Shown here in pieces: positions 59,799 through 64,000 of a stretch of 64,000 nt of DNA (position 1 is its first letter; each line of letters begins with the position of its first letter). The notes under the pieces were generated by a model that was given only the letters and a program-made list of their open reading frames with translations, had not been told where the DNA came from and did not search any database. The position numbers and the translations under genes were made by a program. Origin of the DNA: Monocercomonoides exilis PA203. Lineage: Eukaryota > Protista > Preaxostyla. The DNA is taken from assembly GCA_001643675.2 (NCBI GenBank), contig LSRY02000043.1, forward strand, positions 124,001 through 188,000, given 5' to 3'.

Positions 59799-60555
59799 AT
59801 GTTCTTTTCAATTGTGTTCTGAATGATGTTTCAATCACAAATATATTGATTTTAGAGTTAATACAATTTTTTGTATTTAACAAATATTCATGGCATATTA
59901 TAATTTTTCTTTTGCTTCATTTCCTTCACATAATTTATAAATTTGGAAAAAAATCGATTTTTATTTGTTAATGGATTGATAAGAAAATTTTCACTTTGCA
60001 ATATCAAGATTGATATGATTTTTAAATATTTGGAAAAAAATTATTTTTAAAACATTTTTCTATTAAATATATATTTGATAAAGTTAAATTGGGACGAAAT
60101 TTTTCACTTTTTGATTTTTGTTCCACTCAATTGTATCAGACATTTTTCTCGAAAAGAAGTAATTTTTTCTTTTTTAATAAGCATGGGAATGTGAGACTTA
60201 TAATGATACAATGGAGAAACTATTTGGAACAAAACACAGTAATTTTCACTAATAATAAAAAATCGCCTCAATTGATTGATTTTGCTTCTTGTTTCATTTT
60301 TTTTTCATTGAATTAATAAAAGTGAAAATTGTTTCACAAAAAAAAGAGAAGAAAAAGATAAGGAAAAAAATGAGAGAAGTCAATCAAAGGCCAAAAGAAA
60401 ACAAATAGGGTGAATAATCAACCACTGCTTTTTGAAAGCCCCAGATATAATTTTTCATAACAAAAAGTTGTTTTTTCCAACTTTTTTGATTAAAAATACT
60501 GTTTTCTGTAAAAAAAAAATTGATGGCTATAATTCGAGATTAAATTACTAGACCT

Positions 60556-60625
60556 AATCTCTAATGGGGATGTGGATGGATGGTTAGTTCCTCCATCTCC
60601 GATTGGTGCGTCCCCTGAGGAGATT
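60556..60625. ncRNA. GC-rich stem-loop island; candidate small structured RNA
   Basis: Nested pairings AATCTC/GAGATT, GGGGATG/CGTCCCC and GATGG/CCATC in otherwise very AT-rich intergenic DNA. Confidence 0.35.
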
Positions 60626-60751
60626 TGGAAATAGCAAGGGAGCTTTCTAAGTTAGAGTTTGATCAAAAAAAAATTTTCTTTCAAAAATCTTTTTCTTTTT
60701 TATAAAAAAATTTTTTTAAATAAAAATTCAGTTTGTGCAAAAAAAACCGGA

Positions 60752-61100
60752 CATCGCACAAAATACCGGACAAGATTGATTACTCAATAACCGCAAGAGG
60801 AATAATTCTGACAATTTTCCTCAAAATATATCTCATCAATACACACTCACTTGACAAACAAGACTTTCAAAAATTCATCGTATGTGCTCAGAAAATAATT
60901 ATTTTAAATCTCGGAGAAATAGGGTATTGAGTTTTCCCCAAATTTCGATTGTATTTTTTTCTGAGCACAAATGAAGCTGTCCTGAAAGTCACGTTTATCT
61001 AATGAGTTTGCATTGACGAGATATATTTAGTGAAAAATAGTCAGAATTATTCCTCTTGCGGTTATTGAGAAATCGATCTTGTCCGGCATTTCATGCGATA
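60752..61100 (-). ncRNA. Long imperfect fold-back; candidate hairpin RNA (or MITE-like element)
   Basis: Arms align without gaps (coordinate sum 121852), with 114/140 Watson-Crick matches and a 30-bp perfect core at 60783-60812/61040-61069. The inverted repeat is certain; RNA function is inferred. Confidence 0.55.
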
Positions 61101-61492
61101 ACTGTACTTACTGAAATTCATTCTTAAGATAAATTAAAAATTTCAGTGAAGAATGAATTTTGAAATTAAAATATTATTTTTAGAAATCAATTTAATCTTT
61201 TTCGAAATCGAATTAATAAATTATGAAATTGAATTATGATTTTTCGAATTTGAATTATTTTTTGTGAATATTAATTTATATTTCTGACTGAAGAAAAAAC
61301 AAAAACTCCAATACACCACCCAGGATTAATTTTGTCAAATCAACAGAAATAAAGTTCAACAATAAAAACAATGAAACAACATTGATCAAATACATTGAGA
61401 TTTCGGAAGAACATACCCATAATGAATTTTGTTTTTCTCAAAAACTCAACAATTTTTCGATCGCAACTGAAGGAAGACACAAAAAGGCAACG

Positions 61493-63452
61493 ATGATTAT
61501 GATGAATGCAGCTAACACTAAAGAAACAGAAAAAGAATGGATCGAGGAAAGAGTTTGGAAAAATTCGAAAAACGAGCTCAAAGTTTTGTTGGAAGGTTTA
61601 TATTATTGCTGTGCTTAATATCTCGCCAAACCATATTTCTTTTTGATGTATTTCTTTCTTACAAAGAAATAATATTGGCGGAAGGGATGAAGCTTGAGAA
61701 ACTGATGAAAAGGCTTTACCATTTACTAAAAATTATTGATCCACATAGCTCAAATCATTACGATTACAAAACGCTCATAAGTTTTAGGAAAAAATTGAAA
61801 GAAGTGTGCGGAAACCTGGATAAGTCAATTGAACTTTTAGCCGTTCGAGTTCTTGGATATTCAATCCGAATTGTTTGTTTCGATGGCGATTTAACAGAAA
61901 ATGATTTTTCCAAGGACATTGCTCGTCTTTCGAAACCGGCGCAGCATCTTGCTATGTCCATTCCATTTTTTCACACAGAATCCATGTACGATATAATTGA
62001 AGATGAGCTGGCTGAGTTGGGAAAATGCAAAGATGAAGATATTTGTTTGTTAACCCTTGCATATTTACGAGCAGTGACAATTGATTACGGTATGATATTC
62101 TATTGCCTCCTTCATGTTAATCAAATATTTAAAAATTATACCCAGGAGCAACGCCATACATTGGGGAATATGAGCCAGCAAAAATTGGTGAATGGTTATA
62201 TGGTCTTCTATCCAACAGCATTCCTTCAGTAATTATGGAAGCACTGGAGATAGTGAAAGAATTGTCTACACTTAAAATTATATTGGACCTGAGCGATGGT
62301 TCAAATTATAACAATCTTATAACAATCGATTCATTTATTCCAGTTCCAAATCCGAATGATTCTTCACAAACATTTCCTGAGTTGTCCAATGGCAATTCTT
62401 CTTGTTGGACTCCTCCTGTGTACTTGCGCGGCCCGGTTTGCTCAATTGCAATAAAAGCATTTGAATGTTTGCAGAGTCTAGCTTCCTATCACAGAAAGGC
62501 ATTTGATTATTTGTTCAGGAAACTGGATGATGTTATTGAGAAAGTGCTTGGGTATTTGCTTGGAAATTGGACAGAAGATGATTGGAAGGCGATTTTCTCG
62601 GGAAGCAAGTTTTTTGATGAAAGTTGGGATGATATTTACTCTTCTGGTGAAGTGAACTTCCAGCAAATGGCAGACGGACTATTTTGCGAAGAGGAAAGCA
62701 TTCAAGCAATGATAACAACATTTCAATTGTGTGCAGTTAAATGCGTCGGTGATTGGCTTGGAAGCCAAGCTTACGAGTCAATTACACGACTCATGAAAAG
62801 AGATGTGATGTGCAGAATAGCTTCGCTGCTGTGCGATGCAACAAATGACAAGTTAAAGTTGGAGGCTGCAGATGCGCTGATAGGCGGATGGGCTTCATTG
62901 TCCTCTGTTGCACAGATACAATCGCTTTGCAGGAAAGGCCCGAGTAACAATATGATTGGAAATAAACGTCTTCCTCAGCCTTTGCGCAAGGAATTGACAG
63001 CTATGTTGAGAGAAGTTTGCGAAGAAGAAGGAGTGTTGGACGTTTTGCACGCACAAATGGCGCCATATGTTTCAGAACGAAAATGGATAGCCAAAAATGA
63101 AGAACATATTAAACGAAGGTTAGAAGCAAAATGTGATCCAAGAATATGCATGGTTTGTGCGATGTATGAAAACAAAGATCCAGAAAAAACGAAAGCAGAA
63201 CAACTTGTCAAAGAAGAAAAGGAAGAAGAAGAAGAAAAGGAAGAAGAAGAAGAAGAAGAAGAAGAAATGTGGACGAAGAGCCCAAACAATGAGAGTTATG
63301 AGCAGCTTATAGAATGCATAAGTGCAGGTGGCATGTCCTCAAATGAGTACGTGAAATGTAAATATTCGTTTTCAAATAATTGGAGAGATGACGAAAGAGG
63401 TGAAGAATGCGAAGATGATAATGAAGAAGAAGAATGCGAAGAAGAAATGTAG
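61493..63452 (+). CDS. Multi-exon hypothetical helical protein with acidic C-terminus
   Basis: Consecutive same-strand ORFs (61382, 61537, 62235) are separated by intron-like GT...AG segments; the last exon is 405 codons. Confidence 0.65.
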
Positions 63453-64000
63453 TTGAAAGAAAGATATTAAATGATTCTGCAATATATCCAAGATGAAAAT
63501 AAAAATGAGAATTCTTCAAAGAAAATGTTTCAATCCCACATTGTTTGCATTGACTTACTGAATTATTTTATTTGGAATAAACTTCTTTTAATTGTAAATC
63601 CTTCAATTAGGCTGATATGTTTCCATTTTGATATTTTTTTTGTAATTTATCATTTTTTGAAATGGCTAAAGAGAGAGAGAGAGATTGCCTGGCATTTCTG
63701 TTTTTGAAATGAGTGAAAATCGTTATGATTTAAAGACTCTTTCGAAACGCAAGCTATTCTTATGAGAAATAACCAACATTTCTTTCTTTCTTTCTTTTCT
63801 TTCAATTTTCGCTTTATGCTATTCATTATATGTGTACGTTTTTATTTACTGTTTGTTTTGAATTTTCATGAAAATTTAACCAGAAAAACTTTACAAACAT
63901 GTTTTGCATGCAATTTTTTAAATCAATAATTAGAGTCAATAATATTCAAAATATTGCTTTTGCTTCCTGAAATATTCCAGATGGTTTGCTTTATCATCAC

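Noticed and set aside
61108-61160. Short alternative palindromes (ACTGAAATT/AATTTCAGT; AAATTCATTCTT/AAGAATGAATTT)
   Set aside because: AT-rich and short; cannot be separated from chance, though adjacent to the long hairpin.
1-64000. Genome-wide TAA/TAG-to-Gln recoding
   Set aside because: Conserved genes (cofilin, VPS29, DRC10, VMA16, the DDEL protein) end at TAA or TAG at the expected positions, and the long ORFs are free of them.

Overview
Eukaryotic, AT-rich genomic DNA with many short GT-AG introns and the standard genetic code. Gene content and the receptor-family signatures resemble an oxymonad such as Monocercomonoides; this is an inference from pattern recognition. The left half holds three giant intronless membrane proteins, each with a cysteine-punctuated beta-helix-like ectodomain, one TM helix and a degenerate kinase-like tail. 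One has a ~160-copy Pro-Asp stalk. The other two are divergent and share a near-identical 2,623-bp inverted 3' block, so different ectodomains sit on the same TM/pseudokinase. The rest is tightly packed, often head-to-head housekeeping genes: cofilin/ADF, a thioredoxin/PDI-like ER protein, a TMEM216/17-like protein, COG3, VPS29, DRC10/IQCD, a MED20-like protein, V-ATPase c'' and an ARM-repeat gene with one repeat per exon. Non-coding highlights are a ~350-nt ungapped fold-back at 60.75-61.1 kb whose mismatches favour G-U pairs on the minus strand, two smaller structured-RNA candidates, and a GATC motif recurring about 10-45 nt upstream of most start codons.
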